DNA from: a virus | Lineage: Duplodnaviria; Caudoviricetes | Strand: one strand, 5' to 3' | Length of the DNA stretch: 62,424 nt | IMG/VR virus record: IMGVR_UViG_3300030104_000782 | Span: 1 to 62,424 of that record | Part shown: piece by piece, positions 54,446-62,424 of the stretch | How the letters are laid out: the number at the start of each line of letters is the position of its first letter | How positions within the stretch are numbered: the stretch's first letter is position 1 | Program-made: the position numbers and the translations under genes | The notes under the pieces: generated by a model | What the model was told of the DNA's origin: nothing | The model's input: only the letters and a program-made list of their open reading frames with translations | Database searches by the model: none

Positions 54446-57211
54446 TTAATGTTTCTCTAATTCTTCAACTTTAGCCGAAAGTTCTTGCACTGCTTTTACT
54501 AATATCGGTACAAACTTTTCGTATTGCAAAGAATACTGTTTACCATCACCTGACAAGTTACTAACCAAATTAGTTTTATCAGATAAGTTATGGTTTATTG
54601 ATTCTTCTAAAGCAACAACATCTTGTGCTTTAAAACCAACATCCATCCAATCTTCTTTATGCGAACCATCATGTGTAATACTGTTTAAATCTGCATCAGG
54701 GTTTGTATCCCAATCTATGTAATTATGTCTTTTGTCCCAATAGTAAGTATATGGTATTAATTGATTTACAAAATCTAACCCAGCAGATAACGGTTGAAAG
54801 TCCGTTTTGTCTCTTTCATCAGATGCAACAGTTATTGATACTTGTGCATTTATTTTTGAGTGATCGCCATTACCTATAGTCACTTCGTTATTACCACTTG
54901 ATATTGCACCTCCAGGTGAGCCTGAGGTACCAGAACTCGTGCCTAGTAACATGTTATTAGACCCTGTACTTATAGATCTACCAGCGTGCTTACCGATTGC
55001 TACAGTATTGTTACAACCTGCTCCATTTTCTAGTGCTTCAACTCCTAATGAGGTGTTACCAGAACCACTTGTTTGATCAAGTGAAGATGCTCTACCTACT
55101 GCTGTGTTGTCAGTACCAGTAGTTAGTTTACCCATAGCTTCGTATCCCAAGGCTGTGTTATTTGTACCTGTTGTACAAGCATCTAATGATTGAGCACCTA
55201 CTGCTGTGTTTTGAGCACCTGTTGTATTCACTAACATAGCATCTTTACCTATTGCTGTGTTATTAGAAGCTGAAGTGTTGGCACCTAAAGCATTTGTGCC
55301 AACTGCTGTGCAACTTTCACCTGTTGTCAAAGCATCCATTGAGTTTGCACCAACAGTAGTGTTTTGATTGCCTGTTGTTTCAGCAAATAACGCTTTGTAC
55401 CCAACTGCTGTGCTATTTACTCCTCCAGAATTAGTAGTGTTATGATTATATAAAGATTGATAACCTATTGCTGTCATGAACTTACCAGTGGTGTTTGTAT
55501 ACAACGCTTGTAAACCTACTCCCACGTTATATATTCCAGTAGTGTTGTTTTCCATTGCACCTTTTCCTAGTGCTGTATTATCATCACCTGTGGTAGTATT
55601 AAACAAAGCATTATGTCCTACTGCTGTGTTATTACCTGCTGTGGTAGCACTATACAATGCTTGAAAACCTACACCAACTTGGTTTGCTCCTGTGGTGTTT
55701 GTATGCATAGCAGACTTTCCAACTGCTGTGTTGTTAGAAGCTGTGGTGTTTGCTCCTAAAGCATCTCTACCCACTCCCACGTTACTGCCCCCTGTAGTGT
55801 TTGCATCCATAGCTAAAGTTCCTATGGCAACATTGTTTTCACCAGAGGTGCTTAATTGCATTGCTCTATCACCTACAGCTACGTTGTTTCCCGCAGTTGT
55901 TAGTGTTGATAAAGCTAAGTGTCCGATAGCTATGTTATCACCACCTGTAGTTTGCGCCCCTAGAGCATCTACTCCAACAGCTACGCTATCTATCCCAGTT
56001 GTGTTGGCATCTAAAGCGGATTTACCCACAGATACATTATTAGTGCCTGTGGTGTTAGAACCTAAAGAACTTTTCCCAACTGCTGTGTTATTAGAAGCTG
56101 TAGTAGTGTTTGCTAAAGCACTATAACCAAGTGCTGTATTTTCAGCACCTGTGGTGATTGATTGACCTGCGGCAGAACCTACGGCTACATTTTCTGTTCC
56201 TGAAGTGTTTGCTGTCAATGCTTGATAACCAACTGCTGTATTATCATTTGCGGTGGTTGAAGCATCTAACGTAAATGAACCAATAGCAACATTTCTTGTA
56301 CCTGTTGTTATGCTTAGTCCAGCATCATTACCAAAAGCATCATTAGAAACTCCTGTTGTAAGGTCGCTTAATGCCTTATGTCCTACACCTGTGTTATTAG
56401 TTCCCTCTGTGCAGGCATCACCTGACCTTTCGCCTACGAATACATTTTCAGCACCTGTTGTTATTGCTTCACCTGCAGCTTTACCGATAGCTGTATTACT
56501 ATGTCCTGTGGTTGCTGCGTTTAGAGCATTCTTACCTACAGCAGTATTATCGTCTCCCGAAGTTAAAGCTGCAAAAACATCTGCACCTAAACCAGTATTA
56601 TTATCAGCAGCATCAATAGTGCCTGTAGCATTATCCCCAATCATAAGAGAATTTGTGCCAAAAGTTTTACTTGTGATGCCGTTATAACTTGCTGCTGTAG
56701 AAGCACCTGTTGTAGCTAAATCACCACCTATAGAAACATCATCTGTAACTGTTAAATCGTCTTGTACTTTTAGGTCTACTGTAGAAAGACTAGCAAAAGC
56801 GTCTACTACTGCTGCTCCACTACCAGCACCATCTAGGTAAACTGCCTTTGTGTCGCCAGCTGGTATGGTTACGTTAGCTCCAGAGCCTTGTGAAATTATT
56901 ATGTTCTGAGAACCTGAAGTTCCATTCTCAATAAACTGCATTCTGCTTATAGTGTTCGGTCCAATAGTTATTGTGCATGCACTGTCTAGTGTGCCTGTGT
57001 ATTTAAGATACATAGCTCTGCCAGGATCGGCAGCACCATCAGCCACGGTTGTAGTGTGAGTATCAGCATTTGTTGTTATTGCTTCTGTACCGAAACTAAG
57101 AGCTTCTCCTATTAATTCTAGGTTTGTATTTGTAACATCGCCCCAAGTTCCTGACGCATCACCTGTCGCCATTTCATTCAATCTTAGATCATTTACGTAT
57201 GAACTTGCCAT
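54446..57211 (-). CDS. Tail fibre with 14-aa beta-roll repeats and C-terminal S74 intramolecular chaperone
   Basis: Many NTAVG..AL..NTTG repeats; SDERDK cleavage motif; GF.AQ, LVKAVQELS. Confidence 0.9.
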   Translation of the reverse strand: MASSYVNDLRLNEMATGDASGTWGDVTNTNLELIGEALSFGTEAITTNADTHTTTVADGAADPGRAMYLKYTGTLDSACTITIGPNTISRMQFIENGTSGSQNIIISQGSGANVTIPAGDTKAVYLDGAGSGAAVVDAFASLSTVDLKVQDDLTVTDDVSIGGDLATTGASTAASYNGITSKTFGTNSLMIGDNATGTIDAADNNTGLGADVFAALTSGDDNTAVGKNALNAATTGHSNTAIGKAAGEAITTGAENVFVGERSGDACTEGTNNTGVGHKALSDLTTGVSNDAFGNDAGLSITTGTRNVAIGSFTLDASTTANDNTAVGYQALTANTSGTENVAVGSAAGQSITTGAENTALGYSALANTTTASNNTAVGKSSLGSNTTGTNNVSVGKSALDANTTGIDSVAVGVDALGAQTTGGDNIAIGHLALSTLTTAGNNVAVGDRAMQLSTSGENNVAIGTLAMDANTTGGSNVGVGRDALGANTTASNNTAVGKSAMHTNTTGANQVGVGFQALYSATTAGNNTAVGHNALFNTTTGDDNTALGKGAMENNTTGIYNVGVGLQALYTNTTGKFMTAIGYQSLYNHNTTNSGGVNSTAVGYKALFAETTGNQNTTVGANSMDALTTGESCTAVGTNALGANTSASNNTAIGKDAMLVNTTGAQNTAVGAQSLDACTTGTNNTALGYEAMGKLTTGTDNTAVGRASSLDQTSGSGNTSLGVEALENGAGCNNTVAIGKHAGRSISTGSNNMLLGTSSGTSGSPGGAISSGNNEVTIGNGDHSKINAQVSITVASDERDKTDFQPLSAGLDFVNQLIPYTYYWDKRHNYIDWDTNPDADLNSITHDGSHKEDWMDVGFKAQDVVALEESINHNLSDKTNLVSNLSGDGKQYSLQYEKFVPILVKAVQELSAKVEELEKH

Positions 57212-57258
57212 TTTTTATCTCCGTACTACTTTGATTATACTTATTTTTTCGGGAATAG

Positions 57259-58125
57259 TTAAGCAACTTCTTCCCACCCTGGATTCTGTGTGTCAGATAC
57301 TGTCTCCCAGTTAGGTGTTTGAGAATCATCGACCAGCCCCCAAACTAACACAGTAGGTTCTCCTGTTGTGCCTGAAAGACCTGATATAGAAACAACAGCT
57401 TTTGCTACTGGTGTTACAGTTCCTAATGCACTAGTTCCTGCTAGTCCTGTAACTTGAACTGTCATGCCCAATGCTATAGTAATCGTTCCTAACGCACTGG
57501 TTCCTGCTTGACCTGTTGGTGTTACATTTGCTTTTCCTATAAATGTAACAGAACCGACAGAACCTGTAGCTTCAACACCAGAAACACTTGCGTTAGCTTT
57601 AGCTATTGGTGTTACAGTACCTAACCCACCAGTTGCTGCTAAACCACTTACATTTACTACAACATTGTGGTGTACTGTGACTGACCCTACACTAGCTGTT
57701 GAACTTAATCCTGCAACTGGAACATTAGCTTCTCCGTCTACATCTACTGATACAGAACCAACTGTGCCGACTGCACCTTGTATGGAAGCAATAGCTTGTG
57801 CATTTACACCAGCTACAGGTGCACCTGTTGTTCCTGTTTGTCCTGTAGGTGTAACATTCGCAGCAGCATCTGTACTTACGCTTCCTAAAGCACTTGTAGC
57901 AGATTGTCCTGTGAGTGTTTGATTAGCTTCTGCGTCTACACTTACAGTTCCTAGTGCAGATGTTGCAACTAAAGTTGAAAGTGTTTGATTAGCTTCTGCA
58001 TCTACACTTACAGTTCCTAGTGCAGATGTTGCAGTTACACCAGATATGGTGAAACTTATTGGTATTGATGCTGGTTGTCCCCATGGACCTTCGCCCCAGC
58101 CAGCTCGACCCCACCCTGTCGACAT
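57259..58125 (-). CDS. Ser/Thr/Gly/Val-rich tail or collar fibre protein
   Basis: GWGR..WG...WG start; ~22-aa repeats. Confidence 0.6.
   Translation of the reverse strand: MSTGWGRAGWGEGPWGQPASIPISFTISGVTATSALGTVSVDAEANQTLSTLVATSALGTVSVDAEANQTLTGQSATSALGSVSTDAAANVTPTGQTGTTGAPVAGVNAQAIASIQGAVGTVGSVSVDVDGEANVPVAGLSSTASVGSVTVHHNVVVNVSGLAATGGLGTVTPIAKANASVSGVEATGSVGSVTFIGKANVTPTGQAGTSALGTITIALGMTVQVTGLAGTSALGTVTPVAKAVVSISGLSGTTGEPTVLVWGLVDDSQTPNWETVSDTQNPGWEEVA
57914..58033. repeat. Near-exact direct repeat, 66-bp period
   Basis: 57914-57967 matches 57980-58033 with one mismatch. Confidence 0.85.
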
Positions 58126-58133
58126 AGTTTATA

Positions 58134-58565
58134 CTAAGCTATTCTTATAATAGCTGTGCTTGCTGCTGCTGCAGGAAAAACTATTGTAAAATCACCTGCT
58201 GTTGAAGTTTTATCTCCACCGAAATCTATGGTAGCCACTGATGGATCACCACTAGCAGAATCGTTGTATATTAAACAACCTCTTGCTGTAACTGTTGCTG
58301 TACCAAAAGTGAGATCAGAAAAGTCTGTAAAACCTGTTGTTCCACCACTTGTTGGAGCGACGTTAGTTAGAGCAGCACCAGCTGCAGTGTAGTTAGTTCC
58401 TGAAACCTCATTCGTTGTTGTGTATGCTGTTGTTGTAGCACCCATAGTCGCCGAACTTGTGTACAAAGCTAACTTAAAAGTATTCCCACCAGATGCTTTA
58501 AAATTATGAGTTGCTTCTAACAACTCTTTTTTAAAGCTAGTGGTTAATGTTGATGTAATTGCCAT
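58134..58565 (-). CDS. Virion structural protein
   Basis: SFK.ELL..H.F..FKLALY..LIYN..DFG.DK motif. Confidence 0.65.
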   Translation of the reverse strand: MAITSTLTTSFKKELLEATHNFKASGGNTFKLALYTSSATMGATTTAYTTTNEVSGTNYTAAGAALTNVAPTSGGTTGFTDFSDLTFGTATVTARGCLIYNDSASGDPSVATIDFGGDKTSTAGDFTIVFPAAAASTAIIRIA

Positions 58566-58858
58566 TACTTTAACTCCTTTAGTATATTTGCTAAATCATT
58601 ATCACCTTGAGAAATCAACATGTTACGCATTGTACAACGTTCACTGTTAATTGCTTCCTTGATATAATAAAGTATTGTCGAATAAATCGCAAGCCTGTAT
58701 GCCTCTGCTTGTTGTCTAATGTGTGGTTCTGCATCTTCTGATATACCACATATTCTAGCAGTGCATTTTTCTGCCCAAAACTCAGGACTGTGTCCTCTGT
58801 TCTGTTGGGTGGCTACTTCTATTAATCCTAAACTGGAGGTTCCGTTATCTTCTATCAT
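58565..58858 (-). CDS. Hypothetical protein
   Basis: RG.SPE..A motif; coupled overlaps. Confidence 0.6.
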   Translation of the reverse strand: MIEDNGTSSLGLIEVATQQNRGHSPEFWAEKCTARICGISEDAEPHIRQQAEAYRLAIYSTILYYIKEAINSERCTMRNMLISQGDNDLANILKELK

Positions 58859-59589
58859 TAGTACCTTTTTGCTTCTGGTGGTGTGTTTAAAACAGGAACG
58901 AGTTCTGCTTCTGCTCTTTGTTTTTGTTCTAGTTTTTCACAGTACTCGTTGTGTCCTATAGTGTAAAACTCATCTTCATCTATAAGTATCAACAGTGGAT
59001 TTTGTAAACGATGATAACCGTACAACTTTTCTTGTATTGGTGTATCTGTATCTAATAATCCTGATCTAGGTGCTACACTTACAATCATGTTGTTTTCTGT
59101 GCATTTAGCTAACCAAAACTCTACACAAGATCGACCAGCTTCAGCAAAGTGTAGGTTGCCTTTATATGTAAAATCTAACCCAAACAAACTAAGTTGAGCA
59201 ACTTTATGATACAAAGCGAAAGCTATAGCAAAAGGTACAGTGTTGTTAAAATAAGAGCATCTAGTTTCTTTCACTACATCTAACAACGGAAACTCAACTA
59301 AATTGTCGCATCTATGGTCGAGCTCACATGTGTATATTGGTCCAGGATGTGACTTCAAAACTTTACGCATTATGCCTGTTTGACTACCTGCTGCGTCTGA
59401 GTCTAAGAATCGAGAAGCTGGATCCATCATAAACACTCTATCACAGTCAGTAATTCCTGCCATAGCATTTATACCCCAAACCTCATCGAACTCTATACTG
59501 TGTGATTTAGCTAAGTGGAAATCTAACTGACTTTCTCCCATAGCAACTAATGCTATGTGTGCACCTTCAAGAGATTCTATACGACTCAT
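58858..59589 (-). CDS. Rossmann-like enzyme, possibly glycosyltransferase-related (GT29/Maf-like)
   Basis: VAMG.S, VW.IN, F.MD and NTV..AIA.A......LFG.D pattern. Confidence 0.4.
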   Translation of the reverse strand: MSRIESLEGAHIALVAMGESQLDFHLAKSHSIEFDEVWGINAMAGITDCDRVFMMDPASRFLDSDAAGSQTGIMRKVLKSHPGPIYTCELDHRCDNLVEFPLLDVVKETRCSYFNNTVPFAIAFALYHKVAQLSLFGLDFTYKGNLHFAEAGRSCVEFWLAKCTENNMIVSVAPRSGLLDTDTPIQEKLYGYHRLQNPLLILIDEDEFYTIGHNEYCEKLEQKQRAEAELVPVLNTPPEAKRY

Positions 59590-60236
59590 GACTGTGGTTC
59601 TCTTCGTACTTCTCCGTATCTGTATTGATCTCTAGTCGACTTACCTTCACCAAGATTTTTCAGCAGTATTAACGCTTCTTGTAACTTTGATTCATAGGCT
59701 GGCATTGCTTCATAGTTTTTTAAATACATACAAGCTTCGGATAAAGAACCATACAGCATTGCATTTATGGCATTTGTAGATAACCACGTTGTGTCTGTAC
59801 CTGTTGTTGCTGTTAAAGATGTAGGTCTATAAAAATAATGCAGTTCAAAGTTATAGTTTGAGTCAGGTGTCGGTGCTATGATAAAAGTGTTATCATCGAA
59901 CTCAGCATAATACTTAGATTCTCCTGTTGTTGCTTCTGCTGGTGTATAGTCTCTAATGAAAGATACTTGTTTTTGTAATAAATAGTTGTAGTTATTACTG
60001 CTATCTATCAATGCTAAACTAAACGATGATAAGTAGTCGTTCGGTGTAGCAAGATAAGGTGAAGATGCAGTTCCTGTTCCTGTCACATTTTTTCTGAACA
60101 CATCTAACTGCACACTTTTGAGTATTTTCTCTTCTGTAGCTTTTATAAAATTTGGTATGTTGTTTACAAAAGAAGTTTCATCGCTTTCAAGGTAGTCTTG
60201 TATTGCTGTTGTTAATGTCGTATTAGTCCAACTCAT
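59586..60236 (-). CDS. Tail adaptor/tubular protein
   Basis: L...IQDY.E..FI..AE..I..APTP..TWLS..LLYG.L.EA pattern. Confidence 0.6.
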   Translation of the reverse strand: MSWTNTTLTTAIQDYLESDETSFVNNIPNFIKATEEKILKSVQLDVFRKNVTGTGTASSPYLATPNDYLSSFSLALIDSSNNYNYLLQKQVSFIRDYTPAEATTGESKYYAEFDDNTFIIAPTPDSNYNFELHYFYRPTSLTATTGTDTTWLSTNAINAMLYGSLSEACMYLKNYEAMPAYESKLQEALILLKNLGEGKSTRDQYRYGEVRREPQS

Positions 60237-60592
60237 GATGTAGTTATTGTAACCTCCCCTAGTTCAGATGTTGCTTCTCTTAAAGAAAAACTAGAACCTA
60301 TTGTGTTGCTGTTTAATGCAAACATTATAGGTGAACTAACACCTGCAGCATTCTTAGGGTTGCTAACCTGTACTGTACCTAAACTAATAGTAGACTTTAC
60401 GTCTGGTCTAGGGTTAAGTAAAGCTTCAGGATCTATCGTGTTTCTGTTTACTCTTAGTTGTGGGTGTTTTGGGTCGAACATGTCAGGTCCAACTAATAGA
60501 CCATTCCATGTTTTTTTCATCTCATTTAGCTTATATCTAAAACCACTTATGTCACATATTCCGTATGCGTTTTTACCACTTGAGTATGCCAT
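60233..60592 (-). CDS. Conserved head-tail region protein
   Basis: GK.A..ICD.SGF.Y..W.GL.V..D.KHPQ. Confidence 0.6.
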   Translation of the reverse strand: MAYSSGKNAYGICDISGFRYKLNEMKKTWNGLLVGPDMFDPKHPQLRVNRNTIDPEALLNPRPDVKSTISLGTVQVSNPKNAAGVSSPIMFALNSNTIGSSFSLREATSELGEVTITTS

Positions 60593-61272
60593 TAATAACT
60601 TATCCTTGGTGTTAGATGTATACTAGCTCTATCTCTGTCTTCATCTGCTGCTCTATTAAAACTTTCTTCATAGTCTACTTTTAACAAACCAGCTTTTTGT
60701 GGGTTTCGTTTTAAACAAAGTTGGTATGCTAGTCCTAGTGTCATACACTGTATGAATCTGCTAGGAACTTCTTGATCTTGTGCTGATGCAGTTGCATCGT
60801 CTATTCTCTGCACTCTATAGCTTATAAATTGATATCTTGTAGCATTATCAGGTGTGGGGTATAGATTTAATACTGGTGTTTCTTTTCTTTCTACAAAATA
60901 TTGTGAAGGTCTTCCTGTAGTTGTTTTATCAGGAATGCTTAGATATTCTGAACGACTAATCCTTTCTATTGTTATGTCACTAAATGTTGAGCTTGACACA
61001 CTATCGTAAACTCTGACGATAGCTTCAAGCACATCTACATCAAATGGGTTTAAGGTATATGTAGATGTACCTGAAGTTAAGTCGAGGGAGACTTGTTCTA
61101 CTGTCCAAAGGTTTATGCCTCTGTTTGCCCAGTCTGAGAACATTATGTTAAGGGATCTTCTGGCAGTTGCTGCGTCGTAACCTGTTCGCATCTCTAAACC
61201 TGCAAGTTCGTATGCTTCTTCGATTACTTCTGCTGTGTCTAAACTAAATGATTTAGTGCCAGAAGTTGCCAT
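60592..61272 (-). CDS. Head-tail adaptor protein
   Basis: IEEAYE..G..ARRSLN...WANRG.NLW..GRP.QY motif. Confidence 0.65.
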   Translation of the reverse strand: MATSGTKSFSLDTAEVIEEAYELAGLEMRTGYDAATARRSLNIMFSDWANRGINLWTVEQVSLDLTSGTSTYTLNPFDVDVLEAIVRVYDSVSSSTFSDITIERISRSEYLSIPDKTTTGRPSQYFVERKETPVLNLYPTPDNATRYQFISYRVQRIDDATASAQDQEVPSRFIQCMTLGLAYQLCLKRNPQKAGLLKVDYEESFNRAADEDRDRASIHLTPRISY

Positions 61273-61274
61273 GA

Positions 61275-61682
61275 TTAATACTCTTTGACTACTGTTAGAA
61301 CAATAACGTATGAGTCGCCACTAGCATGCCCAGTAGTTGTTAACTTGATGTCACCTGTTTTACCACTGGCAGCTGCAGTATTTTGCAGTCCACCCATGTA
61401 CGAAAAGTCAACATAATCACTGTAGTCAGAATTTAAATCCCAACATATAGTGTTCGTGCTAGCATTCCATAACAGTTTGACACTCATGCCGAAAGTAGAA
61501 TAATTTATGTCGTAAAGTTTACAACCAGTGCAAGCAGCACCATCACTTTTTCTAGGAGCAAGTGCACTTACATCTACTTTTGTTACTGCCGATTCACCAG
61601 TTCCGTCAGATGTGTTAGTCAGCTGTATTACAGCTTTCCTGTCATCATCTACAATCGTTGTTGAAGTTACTGCATCAGCCAT
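61275..61682 (-). CDS. Virion structural protein
   Basis: SDGTGESAV.KVDVS motif; its start codon also appears at window positions 3-5. Confidence 0.6.
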   Translation of the reverse strand: MADAVTSTTIVDDDRKAVIQLTNTSDGTGESAVTKVDVSALAPRKSDGAACTGCKLYDINYSTFGMSVKLLWNASTNTICWDLNSDYSDYVDFSYMGGLQNTAAASGKTGDIKLTTTGHASGDSYVIVLTVVKEY

Positions 61683-61695
61683 AGTTTACCTCCTA

Positions 61696-62202
61696 TTAAG
61701 CGTCAGCAAATGGTGTAACTATAGTGCCTGAGCCTAAAATTATACCTTCAACAGCATACTTAGCAGAAGCTATAGCAGTTACTTTTACTATACTGCCAGC
61801 TAATCCACCTTTAGTTGAACCGTTCATGGTGATTACATCGTTAGATGCACCTGATATAAATACCTTACCACTTGCATCATCTTTACCTGAATAAAGACCA
61901 CCAACAAACTTATCAGTTCCGTCTGTTAGTATGTCCATGTCTGTAGCTGCAGTTTCTACTACGAAAAAGAAACTAGCACCTAAATTGTTAAGTTGGTTAG
62001 GATCATCATCCTGTCCTGGTGCTGTAGCCACAATACTAGGAAGTGTGAACTTACCATCCGCATCGTTACATGTTAATACTTTACCTGCGTGTGCAGCAAC
62101 TGTCAGACTAGTGTCTGCTGTTAAACTTACAACTGTCGCATTACCTGCCGAAATAAAACCAGCTAAGGATCTAACTGGTCCCGAAAATGTCGATTTTGCC
62201 AT
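61696..62202 (-). CDS. Virion structural protein, copy B
   Basis: About 15 aa differences from 18..524. Confidence 0.6.
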   Translation of the reverse strand: MAKSTFSGPVRSLAGFISAGNATVVSLTADTSLTVAAHAGKVLTCNDADGKFTLPSIVATAPGQDDDPNQLNNLGASFFFVVETAATDMDILTDGTDKFVGGLYSGKDDASGKVFISGASNDVITMNGSTKGGLAGSIVKVTAIASAKYAVEGIILGSGTIVTPFADA

Positions 62203-62223
62203 AATTTCCTCCTTTGGAAATAA

Positions 62224-62281
62224 GTTCTATAGTCTTGGCTTGTCTGCTAGGTCAGTCTATAGAACAATTATTTTTACCTAG
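62224..62281 (-). ncRNA. Second copy of the Mu-gpT-DE-like leader
   Basis: Stem and pseudoknot strands conserved, linker diverged. Confidence 0.5.
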
Positions 62282-62305
62282 AAATTTATTGTATATCTAT
62301 TGTCG

Positions 62306-62338
62306 AAAAAAATAAAGGGAAGCCGAAGCTTCCCTTTA
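62306..62338 (-). terminator. Second copy of the capsid terminator
   Basis: Same UUCG hairpin and U-tract. Confidence 0.8.
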
Positions 62339-62356
62339 CTTATTCTAAACGATTAT

Positions 62357-62424
62357 TTACGCTCCTGGGGATCCGTAAATACCACGCCAGTCACTAAAAC
62401 CAAAAGAATATCTTTCTCTTGCTT
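62357..62424 (-). CDS. 3' fragment of the major capsid gene (truncated by window end)
   Basis: Matches 679-746 with one mismatch. Confidence 0.8.
   Translation of the reverse strand, partial: ARERYSFGFSDWRGIYGSPGA

Larger units (their letters stand above)
61678..62424. repeat. Terminal redundancy, right copy
   Basis: Diverged copy of 1-746. Confidence 0.95.

Noticed and set aside
64-62281. Many plus-strand ORFs antisense to real genes (e.g. 4267-4788, 6798-7334, 22872-23405, 36627-37208, 55692-56126)
   Set aside because: Ser/Pro-rich shadow frames with no SD or motifs, lying over well-supported minus-strand genes

Overview
This is an essentially complete lytic dsDNA phage genome. The unit is about 61.7 kb, and 1-746 recurs in diverged form at 61678-62424. 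It is probably a marine podovirus of the HTVC023P/uvMED-like type infecting a Gram-negative host (lineage and host are inferences). Almost all genes are on the minus strand: head and packaging (0-9.5 kb), modular early-gene cassettes (9.8-15.3 kb), replication and DNA modification (15.4-30 kb), internal virion proteins (32-43 kb), tail, lysis and an envelope module (44-54 kb), and tail fibre and adaptors (54-62 kb). I saw no integrase, RNA polymerase, tRNA or CRISPR array. Main highlights: (1) a thymidine-hypermodification operon with an unusual gene set (dUMP hydroxymethylase, aGPT-PPlase1/HMUDK-type protein, GT-B glycosyltransferase, FkbM methyltransferase, nucleotide hydrolases), plus an apparent genome-wide avoidance of T-free palindromes such as CCGG; (2) a CsgF-CsgG-beta-solenoid-FecR-CHASE2/adenylate cyclase module directly upstream of the lysis genes; (3) two diverged, inverted ~155-bp CAATA-box elements bracketing the early/replication arm; (4) several candidate structured RNAs. 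All family assignments come from motif recognition by eye, not database searches.
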